DNA of 64,000 nucleotides from Crocinitomicaceae bacterium (GCA_002709305.1 PAQM01000012.1:90701-154700); one strand, 5' to 3'; shown: positions 24,963 to 36,301, numbered from the stretch's first letter. The notes: generated from the letters alone by a model not told the origin. Numbers and translations are program-made.

Positions 24963-27900
24963 ATGGAGAAAATCATTAAATTTTTCATTAATCGTCCTGT
25001 ATGGGGTAATGCTGCAATCGCTGTAGTAATAATGTTTGGATTATTTTCAATATTTAATATGAAAAGTTCATTCTTCCCGGAAATGCAACCTAGAAAAATA
25101 TTTGTTTCTGTATTCTATCCTGGTGCATCTCCTAAAGAAATGGAGGAAGGGGTAACTATTAAATTAGAACAAGCTGTAAAAGGCTTGTCTGGTATTGAAG
25201 AAATCAACTCAACTTCTTCAGAAAATTTCTCACAGGTTTCAATTAAAGCTTACACTGACACTGATATAGATGAATTGCTTGATAATATCAACAATTCTGT
25301 TAATTCTATAAATTCATTTCCTCAAGGTGCAGAAAGGCCTATTTTAAAAAAACAACAAACAGGGGATATGGGTTCTGTAGCTGCATTTATTGGGATTTCC
25401 TCAAAAAACAGTTCAACAAAAATAACCGATCTTATAGATATATCATCTGAAGTAGAACGCGACCTCCTTAACACTAAAGAAATTACTCAAATAACCAAAA
25501 ATGGCTTCCCTGAAAAAGAAATTATTATTAATGTTCGAGATCAAGATTTGCTTAGATATAAAATATCAATCCAAGAAATTGGTTTAGCAATTGGAACTAA
25601 AAACATTGATGTAACAACAGGGGTAATTCGAGGAGGAGCTCAAGACATGAACATACGTTCAAATAATCGAGGTACATCAGAAGAAGATATATCTAAGATA
25701 ATTGTAAGAACATCAAAATCTGGAGATAAAATTACTGTTGGTGATCTAGCTGACGTGAAAATTGGTTACTCGGAAAGCTCACAAAGAGTTAAATATAATG
25801 GTAAACCTGCTGTCTCATTTCAAATTGAAAAAACAATCGGGGAAGATCTAAACCTAATTACTGCAGAAATATACAAATACAAAGAAAAATTCGAGAAAGA
25901 AAATCCTAATTATCAATTTAATATTTTTTATGAATTCAATAGTATGATTAAAGAACGCATTGATCTATTAACAAAAAATGGTACAATGGGTTTAATTTTG
26001 GTGCTATTATTCCTTGGAATATTTTTAAATCTTAAATTATCTGCTTGGGTTGCTTTTGGTATACCATTTTCATTTTTAGGAATGTTCATTTTCGGAATGC
26101 CTTATGGTATGTCAATTAATATGATTTCTTTATTTGGAATGATATTAGTTGTTGGGATATTAGTTGATGATGGTATTGTAATTGCTGAAAATATATATAC
26201 TCACTTTGAAAAAGGAAAATCCCCCCATAAAGCTGCATTAGATGGAACGATGGAAGTACTACCTTCTGTCTTCTCTTCCGTTATAACAACTATCGTTGCA
26301 TTCTCTATTTTACTTTTTGTTGAGGGACTTGAAATGATGAGAGAAATGGCTTTTGTTGTAATAGCTTGTCTAGCATTCTCACTATTTGAGGCTTTTATTA
26401 TTCTACCTGGACATGTAGGGCACAAAAAAATACTCAATAAAGATACAAAGCCTTCATTCTCTTTTTTAAAAGGAACCTTATTCATTATTGTCGGATTAGT
26501 AATAATCTTTATAGGTACACAGATTATTCCAGAGGAAAATAATTTAGCTGTTATGCTTTTTCCTTTTACCTTAATTAGTATTGGAGCATTATTATTTTTC
26601 AATGGTTTTATAAAGTCACCAATAGAAGTTTTTATTAGGCAAGGAGCAGATAGAGGAATTAAATATATTCGTGACAATTGGTTTCAATATTCTATAGAAA
26701 ATATTATTGGAACTAAAAAAACCAAATGGTATAGATTAGGTTTTATTTTTCCTTTAATATTCACATCTCTGACAATTTTTTGTTTATATAATGGGACTAT
26801 TTCAGCTACTTTTTTCCCCAATATTCAACCTGATTTTTTCACAATTGAAGCTGCGTATAAACCAGGAGATAAAAAAACCAAATCAGAAGAATTTGTTCAG
26901 CAAGCTACAAGAATTCTTTTTGAAGAAAACAATAAAATAATTCAAGAAAATGGTGATTCTCTGCTCACCTATTTTTCTAGTAATATTGGTTTTGCAATGA
27001 ATATTGGACAAAATGGTGATCATGCATCTATGGTTCAAGTGTTTTTTAATGGTGAAGAAAGTAAAACCCCAGTAGATACATTGATTAACAGGATTATTAA
27101 ACGTATAAACTCCATCCCTGAAGGAAGATTAGCACAGGACACATATGTTGGTGGGTTTAATCGATTTGGTAAAGAAATTGAAGTGGGGTTAACATCTCAA
27201 AATGCAACTAATTTATTAAGTGCTAGAGATCTGTTTAAAAAAGAATTATCACAAATGGATGGCGTAATTAATATTAAAGACAATATGCCATCTGGGAAAA
27301 ATGAAATTTACCTTAATCTAAGACCTGAGGCCGATATATATGGAATCTCTAAAAATGAAGTATTAACACAAGTAAGGCAGGGCTTCTTTGGACAAGAAGC
27401 ACAAAGAATTATTATTGGAACTGATGAAGTAAAGATTTGGGTTAAGTACCCTAGCGGAGATAGAAAATCAATTTCTGATCTTGAAAATATGAATGTAAAA
27501 TCAACAAATGGTTTAGCTATACCTTTAAAAGAAATCTGTGACTTTACCTTAGGTCGTGCACCCGAATCATTAAAGAGGTTGAATGGTCAGCGTATAGTCA
27601 AAGTAGATGCTGAATGTGTGGATCCAGATCAGGTTGGAAAAATAAATAAAATTATTGCTGATTCACTATTACCCAAAATAATTCAAGCATACCCTGATAT
27701 TGAGACTAAACGTTTGGGCCAATATGAACGCAGTCAAAAAACAGGAAGTTCAATGCAATATGTAGGAATTATTGGAATAATAATTATGTTTATTATACTT
27801 ACGCTTCACTTTAATAGTTTTGGTAGTTCAATGTTAATTATGCTGGTAATCCCTGCAGGAGTTGGAGGAGCTATCTTAGGACATGGATTAGTTGGAATAC

Positions 27901-28328
27901 CAGTATCAATCCTTTCTGCATTTGGAATGATAGCATTAACTGGAGTTTTAATAAACGATGCTATTGTCTTCCTAGATAGATATAATGATTTATTAATTAA
28001 AGGACAAGATATCAAAACTGCATCTATTGGTGCAGCAAAATCTCGTTTCCGACCAATCATACTAACATCACTTACAACAGTTGCAGGATTACTTCCAATT
28101 ATTGCAGAAAGTAGTATGCAAGCACAATTTTTAATCCCAATGGCTGTTTCAATAGCATTTGGAGTATTGTTTGGTACAATTTTCATCTTATTCTTTTATC
28201 CTTCTGCTATCTTGATGTGGAATGGTTTTAGGAGAAATCTAAAGAAAATTTACACAGGAGAAAAAACCATCGAACCACGTTCTGTTGAACCAGTTCTAAA
28301 AATTGAAAAAAATAAATATGAATACTAA
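24963..28328 (+). CDS. RND-family efflux permease (AcrB/AcrD/AcrF superfamily), unusually long at 1121 aa
   Basis: Duplicated halves of TM plus a large periplasmic loop. TM4 'ILVVGILVDDGIVIAENI' and TM10 'LTGVLINDAIVFLDRY'. Extra hydrophobic pair at nt 26421-26640. Confidence 0.9.
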   Translation: MEKIIKFFINRPVWGNAAIAVVIMFGLFSIFNMKSSFFPEMQPRKIFVSVFYPGASPKEMEEGVTIKLEQAVKGLSGIEEINSTSSENFSQVSIKAYTDTDIDELLDNINNSVNSINSFPQGAERPILKKQQTGDMGSVAAFIGISSKNSSTKITDLIDISSEVERDLLNTKEITQITKNGFPEKEIIINVRDQDLLRYKISIQEIGLAIGTKNIDVTTGVIRGGAQDMNIRSNNRGTSEEDISKIIVRTSKSGDKITVGDLADVKIGYSESSQRVKYNGKPAVSFQIEKTIGEDLNLITAEIYKYKEKFEKENPNYQFNIFYEFNSMIKERIDLLTKNGTMGLILVLLFLGIFLNLKLSAWVAFGIPFSFLGMFIFGMPYGMSINMISLFGMILVVGILVDDGIVIAENIYTHFEKGKSPHKAALDGTMEVLPSVFSSVITTIVAFSILLFVEGLEMMREMAFVVIACLAFSLFEAFIILPGHVGHKKILNKDTKPSFSFLKGTLFIIVGLVIIFIGTQIIPEENNLAVMLFPFTLISIGALLFFNGFIKSPIEVFIRQGADRGIKYIRDNWFQYSIENIIGTKKTKWYRLGFIFPLIFTSLTIFCLYNGTISATFFPNIQPDFFTIEAAYKPGDKKTKSEEFVQQATRILFEENNKIIQENGDSLLTYFSSNIGFAMNIGQNGDHASMVQVFFNGEESKTPVDTLINRIIKRINSIPEGRLAQDTYVGGFNRFGKEIEVGLTSQNATNLLSARDLFKKELSQMDGVINIKDNMPSGKNEIYLNLRPEADIYGISKNEVLTQVRQGFFGQEAQRIIIGTDEVKIWVKYPSGDRKSISDLENMNVKSTNGLAIPLKEICDFTLGRAPESLKRLNGQRIVKVDAECVDPDQVGKINKIIADSLLPKIIQAYPDIETKRLGQYERSQKTGSSMQYVGIIGIIIMFIILTLHFNSFGSSMLIMLVIPAGVGGAILGHGLVGIPVSILSAFGMIALTGVLINDAIVFLDRYNDLLIKGQDIKTASIGAAKSRFRPIILTSLTTVAGLLPIIAESSMQAQFLIPMAVSIAFGVLFGTIFILFFYPSAILMWNGFRRNLKKIYTGEKTIEPRSVEPVLKIEKNKYEY

Positions 28329-29646
28329 AACCTTCTTAATCACATTTATTTTTATTTTCTTTTGTTCAATAAACTATGGACAAAAGGAACTATCCGCGAA
28401 ACAAGCTGTTTTTAAATCATTAGAAAATAATTATCAAATATTAATTTCTAAAAAACAATTAAATATTTCAGAGAAAAATAATAAATGGTCAGAAGCAGGA
28501 TTATTTCCAACAGTTGAGTTAAATAGTACTCAAAGTAATACTATTCAAGATAACACTAATAACCCTTTTACATTTACTCCAGGAATAATTCTATCACAAA
28601 GTATAAACCCTTCCCTCAACTTAAATTGGAATATATTTAGTGGATTCAGAGTCAAAATGTCTAAAAAACAACTAGAGCAATTAAAAGAGCAGAGTGCAAA
28701 TAATGTAATTGCTGTTATAGAAAATACAATTCAAGATGTTCTAAAAGCATATTATACAGTTCAGCTCCAAAAATATCGAAAAAATTTATTTAAAGATATC
28801 ATGGCGATTTCTAGAAAACGTTATGAATATAACAAATCAAAGGAGATTTACAGCGGATCAAATTCTCTTGAATCAATGCAATTTAGAAATCAGTACTTAA
28901 CTGACAGTACAAACTATTTAATGCAAAATATTTCTTACAATAACTCAATGCGTAATCTAATTCTATTAATGAATGATACATCAGAAACTAATTTCATTCT
29001 AACAGATGACATTGATATAGCTGTAAAAAATGTCGATTTTATTGATGCTGAACAACAAATGTTTGAAAATAATCAAAATTTAAAAAATCAATACATATCT
29101 CTTGAGCTCCAAAAAACTGAGACTAATTTAAAACGTTCATTCTTATATCCTACAATAAGTTTTCAAGCAGGTGTAAACCCAAGATGGTCAAATATTAGAG
29201 ATGTGAAAAATTCAAATTTAGATTTAAGTACACAGACTCTATCCTACTATGGTAATTTTAATCTTCGCTATACTCTTTTTAATAATTGGAAAAATAAACG
29301 CGCTATTGAAATTTCAAAAATACAAGAACAAATAGTAGAATTAAATATAGAAAACATAAAAAAATCATTATCTAATACCCTTAAAAACTTAATAGATATT
29401 TATAGTGTCAGGACACAATTAGTAGCTATTTCACAAGAAAATGTAACATATGCAGAAATAGCATACAAATTAGCTGAAGATAGATATAATTTAGGCACAA
29501 TAAATTCTATTGATTTAGCAAATTTTCAAACTAATTATCAGAACACTATGATTCAACATTACGAAAACTTATTTAACAGAATGGATACATATTTAGAAAT
29601 TTACAAAATGTCCGGTAAAATTGGCTTATCTTATAAAGACAACTAA
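28303..29646 (+). CDS. TolC-family outer membrane efflux protein
   Basis: Signal peptide, two repeated coiled-coil/beta halves, and the third position in the MFP-RND-OMF operon. The start could be 28303 or 28318. Confidence 0.8.
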   Translation: MKKINMNTKTFLITFIFIFFCSINYGQKELSAKQAVFKSLENNYQILISKKQLNISEKNNKWSEAGLFPTVELNSTQSNTIQDNTNNPFTFTPGIILSQSINPSLNLNWNIFSGFRVKMSKKQLEQLKEQSANNVIAVIENTIQDVLKAYYTVQLQKYRKNLFKDIMAISRKRYEYNKSKEIYSGSNSLESMQFRNQYLTDSTNYLMQNISYNNSMRNLILLMNDTSETNFILTDDIDIAVKNVDFIDAEQQMFENNQNLKNQYISLELQKTETNLKRSFLYPTISFQAGVNPRWSNIRDVKNSNLDLSTQTLSYYGNFNLRYTLFNNWKNKRAIEISKIQEQIVELNIENIKKSLSNTLKNLIDIYSVRTQLVAISQENVTYAEIAYKLAEDRYNLGTINSIDLANFQTNYQNTMIQHYENLFNRMDTYLEIYKMSGKIGLSYKDN

Positions 29647-29663
29647 TTGATTAACTAAATCAG

Positions 29664-30851
29664 ATGAATGAAAGTCCAATTTCATATTTAAATAGCAATG
29701 ATGGAAATTCTATTTTAGCTTTTGGAGATGGACCAAAAGTTAAAATTTACAAAGAAAATTCAATAGAAAAAATTCAAGAATTCATAAATCAACAAAAAAA
29801 TAAACACATATTTTTCTGTTTAAGCTATGATTTAAAAAATGATATCGAACCATCACTAAAATCACAAAATTTTAATCCTATAATTTTTCCAAAAGCAATT
29901 TTATGGGCTCCCGAAACCGTAGTCAAGATAAATTCAAAAAATATTAATTTCATTCAAGGGAGTAAAACAAAAGAATCTGATAGTTTCATCGAAAATTTTT
30001 TAAAAAAAGAAAATAATAAAAACTATTCGAAATTTAAGTTCCACCCTCGAACATCAAAAGAAAGTTACATTAAAAATGTGATTCAACTGCAAGATCACAT
30101 TCAACAAGGTGACATTTATGAAGTAAATTATTGTCAAGAATTTTTCGCAGAAAATGTAAAAATAGACGATCCGTTAAATACTTATTTTAAATTAAATGAT
30201 ACAACAAAAGCTCCATATTCTTCATACACAAATATTGATGATTTCATACTTTTTTGTGGAAGTCCGGAGTGTTTTCTCAAAAAAAAGAAAAATCGTATTA
30301 TTTCTTCGCCTATTAAGGGAACTAGAAAAAGAGGTGAAACAAAACAAGCAGATGATGCCTTAAAGACAGAATTATTGAAGGACCCAAAAGAACAATCTGA
30401 AAACATTATGATTGTTGACTTAGTAAGAAATGATTTGTCTAGAATTGCAATACCTGGATCTGTTAATGTAGACGAATTATTTGGCATCTACTCCTTCAAA
30501 ACTGTTCATCAAATGATTTCAACCATCTCATGCGAAGTTCCTGAATCTATAAGATTTAAAGATATTTTAAGAGCTACATTTCCAATGGGATCTATGACTG
30601 GAGCACCAAAACATAGCGCCATGAATCTAATTGAAGGTTATGAAGATTTTCAACGTGGAATCTATTCAGGTTCAATAGGATATATAAAACCAAATGGAGA
30701 TTTTGATATGAATGTAGTAATTCGAACTTTGATCTATAATAAAAAGGAAAAATACTTATCCTGCCCAGTTGGCAGTGCTATAACCATTAATTCAGATCCA
30801 ATATCAGAATATGAAGAATGTTTAATTAAAATTAAATCTATTTTAGATTAG
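29664..30851 (+). CDS. pabB: Aminodeoxychorismate synthase component I / chorismate-binding enzyme
   Basis: 'GDIYEVNYCQ', 'PIKGTRKRG', 'DPKEQSENIMIVDLVRNDLSRI', 'FPMGSMTGAPK', 'RGIYSGSIGY' chorismate-utilising motifs. Confidence 0.82.
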   Translation: MNESPISYLNSNDGNSILAFGDGPKVKIYKENSIEKIQEFINQQKNKHIFFCLSYDLKNDIEPSLKSQNFNPIIFPKAILWAPETVVKINSKNINFIQGSKTKESDSFIENFLKKENNKNYSKFKFHPRTSKESYIKNVIQLQDHIQQGDIYEVNYCQEFFAENVKIDDPLNTYFKLNDTTKAPYSSYTNIDDFILFCGSPECFLKKKKNRIISSPIKGTRKRGETKQADDALKTELLKDPKEQSENIMIVDLVRNDLSRIAIPGSVNVDELFGIYSFKTVHQMISTISCEVPESIRFKDILRATFPMGSMTGAPKHSAMNLIEGYEDFQRGIYSGSIGYIKPNGDFDMNVVIRTLIYNKKEKYLSCPVGSAITINSDPISEYEECLIKIKSILD

Positions 30852-30856
30852 TAAAT

Positions 30857-32092
30857 ATGCTTAACATTAGCAAACATATTGATAATAAATGGAGCCATCT
30901 AAAAGATAAAAATATTTTTGTTTCTTGTAGTGGAGGTGTTGATTCTATTGTGCTAGCATGGATATTAAATAAAATAAATTTTAAAGTTAAAGTCATTCAT
31001 ATTAACTATAAACTTAGAGGTAAAGAATCTGACTTAGATGCCCTTTTTATTAAATCGTTTTGTAAAAAGAATGAAATCACTTGTCTTGAAAAAACTATTA
31101 ATCTACAAGGGAAAAAAAATATTCAAGAAACAGCCAGAAATTATAGATACAAATGGTTTAGACATATTATAGCCTATAACCAAGATAATTATATCGCATT
31201 AGGACATCATAAAGACGATCAAATTGAAACTTTTTTTTTAAATATAAGTCGAAATTCAGGAATCATGGGTTTAGCATGTATGTTAAAGGATCATAATAAT
31301 ATTATTCGACCTTTATTAGATTATAACAAAAATCAAATTATTGAATATGCTAAATTCAACGAAATAAAATGGAGAGAAGATTCTTCAAATAAATTAAATA
31401 AGTATCGTAGAAACATATTAAGAAATATAATTATACCCCAACTTAAATCAAGCAATATATATGTTGAAGATAGCGTCATGACTCTTATTCAAGCTTTTCA
31501 AAAAACACAGAAAGAACTAGAAAAAAAGATAACTCCTATAAGTAGTAATTTTATTGAAAAAGGATACATTAAAATAAATAAATTAAAAACGTTAAACACT
31601 TTCGAATTAATTGAATTTTTAAGACAACTAAACCAACCAGCTTCACATATAGACGAACTAATTAAACTATATAATACTCAAAAAGGAAAAAAAATTAAAT
31701 GGGGTAATAATTGGTTAATTAATGAAGGTGATATATTATTAGAAAAAAAAGAGTTTAACAAAGAACTAAAATTCAATTTTAAAGTAGAAAAAATAAAATT
31801 ACTGCCAAATAAATTTAATAAAGATGAGATATATCTTGATAGCAATAAAATATCTGGATTACTCCAATTAAGAAAATGGGGTATTGGTGACCGAATTTTT
31901 CCAATAGGTATGAATGGTTCTAAACTTATTTCAGATATTATTTCAGATGCAAAACTTACAAGTCAAGAAAAAGAATCTGTATTCATCTTACATGATGATA
32001 AAAATATACATTGGTGCGTTGGGCTAACAATAGGAAAAAAAGCTATTGCAGAAGAGAACTCTAAAAATATTCTAAAAGTAACTATTTCTTAA
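30857..32092 (+). CDS. tilS: tRNA(Ile)-lysidine synthase
   Basis: PP-loop 'VSCSGGVDSIVLAW', 'ALGHHKDDQIETFFLN', 'IIRPLL'. Confidence 0.9.
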   Translation: MLNISKHIDNKWSHLKDKNIFVSCSGGVDSIVLAWILNKINFKVKVIHINYKLRGKESDLDALFIKSFCKKNEITCLEKTINLQGKKNIQETARNYRYKWFRHIIAYNQDNYIALGHHKDDQIETFFLNISRNSGIMGLACMLKDHNNIIRPLLDYNKNQIIEYAKFNEIKWREDSSNKLNKYRRNILRNIIIPQLKSSNIYVEDSVMTLIQAFQKTQKELEKKITPISSNFIEKGYIKINKLKTLNTFELIEFLRQLNQPASHIDELIKLYNTQKGKKIKWGNNWLINEGDILLEKKEFNKELKFNFKVEKIKLLPNKFNKDEIYLDSNKISGLLQLRKWGIGDRIFPIGMNGSKLISDIISDAKLTSQEKESVFILHDDKNIHWCVGLTIGKKAIAEENSKNILKVTIS

Positions 32093-33719
32093 AAAGCTCT
32101 AAAATAGGTTTACCTGTTAATGAATTAGGGTTTTGTATATACAAAATATGAGCTAATGTTGCAGAAATATCAGAGATAATAATTTTTCTAAAAACTTCTC
32201 CAACTGGAATATTTTTACCATACCACAATAAAGGAACATGAGTGTCATAACTATAAGCAGAACCATGACTTGTACCCCTTCTAGCTAAATAAGAATCTGT
32301 TGATTTTGGCAAGTAACCAGGCTCTAATGTAAAAATCACATCACCACTTTCTCTATAGTGATAACCCTTACTTACCATGTCTAATATTTCATTTGAAAAA
32401 GGATTACTATATAGTTGATCTGCTGTATAAACAGATTTTACAGCATCAAATTCTTGAATTAATTTAGCAACAAATTTTGAAACTTCTATCCTATCTAATT
32501 TCAAATCATTGATACGATTATGATTTAAATATATATTTAAATTCTTTTGAATTAAAACTAAATCTTCACCATACTTTCCAATAACTGAATCACGAAGTGT
32601 TTTTATACATTCATCTATAAAGAAATAACCACCTGGCAATTTATTGTCAATTAAATATTGAGGTACTGGAACCACTGCATGATCTGCCGTAAGAAATAGT
32701 ACAAAGTTATCTTCACCAACTTTCTTATTTAAATTGTCAATTAATTTTTTTATTTCTAAATCAAGTCGAATATACATATCTTCTATTTCAACTGAATAAG
32801 GGCCAAACGCATGTCCTAATATATCTGGTGTTGAATAACTAATACATAGCATGTCGGTTTGTCCATCTTTCCCTAAACCTTCATTATCTATCGACTCAAT
32901 TGCAAAATCTGTTAAATAATTATTAGCAAATGGCGTGTATACAAATAATTCATATTTATTTCCGATTTGAGACATAAAGTTTAAATCATAAGGAAATGTG
33001 GGTGTTTTTTTACCTGGTAACAAATGCTCATATTTTGAATTATCAGAACGACTTTCAACATATTCTTTCATATCCAAAATTGTATTCCACTCCCCTTTCA
33101 TTTGTTTTTCAATAAAATCATCTTCATTAAACTTTTTAACCCAATCTGGCATTTGTTCTTTAAAAAAAGTACTTGTAATAAAATCGCCAGTATCATAATC
33201 GTACCAATATGAACCATCACTTAAATGACCACCAGGTAAAATAGCACCTCGATTTTTAATTGACATTGAAATTACTTTTGAATTTGGATATGTCATCTTT
33301 AATTGATCCGTAATAGTATTTGTTTTCAAATTTATTGGTGAACAAAAACCATATATAGAACTAGTTCCAACAGGTTTAACTGCGGAATCTTCAACACAAT
33401 TAATCAATTTATTCTTATCTCTATCATACCAATCATTTCCAACTATCCCATGATTACTTGGTGTCGTACCAGTATAAATTGAAGCATGCCCAGGACCAGT
33501 GTATGTAGGTATATAATTATATTGCGTATTTCTACAATTAAAACCATTCAGTATAAGTTCTTTGAAACCTTTATCACAAAACTTATTTGAATAACGATAA
33601 ATATAATCATAGCACATTTGGTCAATCACAATACCAACAACTAATTTTGGAGAATTTATTTGTTGTGCGTTTGTAGAAAATAATAAACCTAAAATCAGAA
33701 CAAAAAATATGTTTTTCAT
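32082..33719 (-). CDS. pafA: PafA-type alkaline phosphatase / nucleotide pyrophosphatase family enzyme (exported)
   Basis: Signal peptide; 'KLVVGIVIDQMCYDYIYRY', 'YTGPGHASIYTG', 'FLTADHAVVP', 'GTSHGS'; 545 aa, as for Chryseobacterium PafA (from memory). Confidence 0.8.
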   Translation of the reverse strand: MKNIFFVLILGLLFSTNAQQINSPKLVVGIVIDQMCYDYIYRYSNKFCDKGFKELILNGFNCRNTQYNYIPTYTGPGHASIYTGTTPSNHGIVGNDWYDRDKNKLINCVEDSAVKPVGTSSIYGFCSPINLKTNTITDQLKMTYPNSKVISMSIKNRGAILPGGHLSDGSYWYDYDTGDFITSTFFKEQMPDWVKKFNEDDFIEKQMKGEWNTILDMKEYVESRSDNSKYEHLLPGKKTPTFPYDLNFMSQIGNKYELFVYTPFANNYLTDFAIESIDNEGLGKDGQTDMLCISYSTPDILGHAFGPYSVEIEDMYIRLDLEIKKLIDNLNKKVGEDNFVLFLTADHAVVPVPQYLIDNKLPGGYFFIDECIKTLRDSVIGKYGEDLVLIQKNLNIYLNHNRINDLKLDRIEVSKFVAKLIQEFDAVKSVYTADQLYSNPFSNEILDMVSKGYHYRESGDVIFTLEPGYLPKSTDSYLARRGTSHGSAYSYDTHVPLLWYGKNIPVGEVFRKIIISDISATLAHILYIQNPNSLTGKPILELFKK

Positions 33720-33759
33720 ATATAGTTATTGAATTTTTTTTTAAAATAAGGATTTATTA

Positions 33760-36138
33760 CTAGTGCAACACTATTAATTTAGATGGTGTAATTAAAAAAT
33801 CATCAGCTTGGATTTGAACAGTATAAATACCTTCACTCAAATTAATAGTATTAATTTTAATTGAATTTCCTTCATTCACAAATTTCGTCCAAACTAACTT
33901 CCCTGATTGATCATATAAAGAAGCAACACCATTTGAAATATTTTCAGAAAGAAGTATAGTAGTAATGTCATCAGATGGATTTGGGAAAATTTTAGTTATT
34001 AATTGATTCTCTATTAAACTAGCATTGTTATCATCTTCATTAAAAGAGATGGTAAAATCATCAAAATAAAAACCGTCTTCTCTAACACCACCATCAGATT
34101 CCAATAAAAATCTGACTCTTATAATTTGACCTAAATAATCAGACAAATTAACTTCATCCTGAACCCATGAAGTTTGAAAACCTTCATAAACAGGTTCTCC
34201 ATCTGGTTGAACACTAGAATTAGCATCTGTTCCAATGTTTGTATAATTTGTACATTGACCTACCCATGAGTTACCTCCATCTGTCGATACTTGAAATTGA
34301 CAATAATCATAATTCGATTCAATTTCCCATTTTGCATAAAAAGAAATCATTGCTGCAGTAGCATCAGTTAAATCAATATCTTGATTATATTCAAATGCTT
34401 CGCTAGTATTGTTGGAATAATTATTTGGACTATCTGTAAAACTTCTTGAAGGAGACACATATTCTAATGCAGTTGTCCCCCAAGGTCCAGTCCAATTAGT
34501 TGTGTTAGAGGCATCATCTGAAAACTGTGGTGTTAAATACCCATATGTTTTTATAATTGTGTCATGTTTTGTCCATAAACCATATTCTGTATTCAATATA
34601 TATTTTACTTCATCTCCAAATTGAATAGCTGGATCTAAAACAAAAGAAATTGTTCCAGAAGATGTCTCTCCAAGATTAATATCATAGATTACACTGTTAC
34701 CAATATTTTGAATATTATTTATAGGTGTAGCTGAAACTGATATTGGTCCATCTTCTCTACCCAATCGCTGAACCTCATGATTGAAATCACCACTCATTGA
34801 AGAGATAGTAGAGGGATCAGTCTCATTGACAACTAAATATTTATGAGACATATGAGATAAAACTAAATTAGGAAAAACCATTGATTGACAAGTAGGAATA
34901 ACTTCTGAAGCTGGAGGCCAAAAGGCACTTCCTACCTCAGGTGTCATAGCAAAAATAGTATCTTTCATCCCTACACCATTATCTACTTTGTACATATAAT
35001 CATCTGAATCACCAGAAGCAGGATATAAACCAGAACTTTTCATAGGATTATATCCATTTAAAGAACACATATGTACAGTTAAATCAGTAAAGTAGTCATG
35101 ATGATCAGCATATTCCGCACTAGTTGTCCCAATTGGATGTAGCAACAAATTACCATGTGAATGAGCATTGAATGCTGATGTGAAGCCTATATTTTCTGAT
35201 AACCATTGCATAGCTTGAGTTTCAGGTTCAGAGAAGTCAGAAACACCAGGGTAAACATCACTTGAAGCGTCACTGCTTACACCAGTAGTATTCCAACCGT
35301 ATGAATAATTTCGATTTAAGTCTACACCTGGATTATTTCCAGAGTTAGCTCCCAGATTTGGATTCATATTCTTTCTATGCATTCCATATCCATTTGGATC
35401 TTCAATTTCATTATATATGTAGCCATCAGGATTAATACAGGGAACAAAATACATTTCTGTATTATCTACAAGATATTGAACTTCTGAAATATTATTATAA
35501 TTCTCTAATAAATACCACATGTAAAATATTGTCTGAGACATACTCATTGGCTCACGAGCATGATGAATAGCTGAATATAAAACTTTTGATTCTGAAGGTT
35601 CATCTATAAGTGGATTATCAGAAATTTTAACAAAATAAATTGGTCGTCCTTCCCAAGTTTGAAAATTTGAAATCGGACTTTTAATTGTAATTAAATTTGG
35701 ATACATAGAAGCCATAGCATCTAGTGCATCTAGCATTTGTTGATATGTATAAAACCCTGCATAAGAGTTTGAATTTGTCTCAAAATTAACGGGAATAGAA
35801 GGCACAAAATCTCCACTACCAGAATTTTGATCACAATCAATGTTTTTTTCTAAAGATTTAGAATTTAAATTTTGTTGTTGGTAATATGATTTAACATCCT
35901 CAATTAATACTTCAAACATAAAACCATTACCTGCAATTATTTCAATCTCATGTTTTGAAAAATCACTAATAAAAAAAGTGTTTTTTTTTCGAACACCATG
36001 ATCAACTGGAACACCTAGTTCTGCAAGCTTTTGAAGTCCTTTAGAGTCAGTATAGATTTTAACCTTTGAATATTCTTGTGCGTAAGAAAAATTAAAACAC
36101 AATAAAATTATAATTGTAAAAATATGTTTCATTTCCAT
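33760..36138 (-). CDS. M14 zinc carboxypeptidase with extra domains and a T9SS C-terminal sorting domain
   Basis: Signal peptide; Zn-binding 'HHAREPMS'; 'NRNY'; C-terminal 'KIFPNPSDDITTILL...GIYTVQI...LIVLH' (T9SS type A CTD). Confidence 0.85.
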   Translation of the reverse strand: MEMKHIFTIIILLCFNFSYAQEYSKVKIYTDSKGLQKLAELGVPVDHGVRKKNTFFISDFSKHEIEIIAGNGFMFEVLIEDVKSYYQQQNLNSKSLEKNIDCDQNSGSGDFVPSIPVNFETNSNSYAGFYTYQQMLDALDAMASMYPNLITIKSPISNFQTWEGRPIYFVKISDNPLIDEPSESKVLYSAIHHAREPMSMSQTIFYMWYLLENYNNISEVQYLVDNTEMYFVPCINPDGYIYNEIEDPNGYGMHRKNMNPNLGANSGNNPGVDLNRNYSYGWNTTGVSSDASSDVYPGVSDFSEPETQAMQWLSENIGFTSAFNAHSHGNLLLHPIGTTSAEYADHHDYFTDLTVHMCSLNGYNPMKSSGLYPASGDSDDYMYKVDNGVGMKDTIFAMTPEVGSAFWPPASEVIPTCQSMVFPNLVLSHMSHKYLVVNETDPSTISSMSGDFNHEVQRLGREDGPISVSATPINNIQNIGNSVIYDINLGETSSGTISFVLDPAIQFGDEVKYILNTEYGLWTKHDTIIKTYGYLTPQFSDDASNTTNWTGPWGTTALEYVSPSRSFTDSPNNYSNNTSEAFEYNQDIDLTDATAAMISFYAKWEIESNYDYCQFQVSTDGGNSWVGQCTNYTNIGTDANSSVQPDGEPVYEGFQTSWVQDEVNLSDYLGQIIRVRFLLESDGGVREDGFYFDDFTISFNEDDNNASLIENQLITKIFPNPSDDITTILLSENISNGVASLYDQSGKLVWTKFVNEGNSIKINTINLSEGIYTVQIQADDFLITPSKLIVLH

Positions 36139-36280
36139 TCTTAATTTAAAGATTAATAATACAGTTCATTGCAATTTACAAACTTTTTACCAATAAAAAT
36201 ATTAGAAAGAAATAAGATTATAAAAGATATATATAAAACTTATTTAATTTAAATAAATTATACCTTTAATTATTAAAAGG

Positions 36281-36288
36281 TAAATTTG
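36281..36288 (+). promoter_or_regulatory. Candidate -7 promoter element (TAAATTTG) for sppA
   Basis: Exact TAnnTTTG 13 nt upstream of the ATG at 36302, which implies a very short leader. Confidence 0.4.
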
Positions 36289-36301
36289 AAAAAAAAGAAT
36301 A

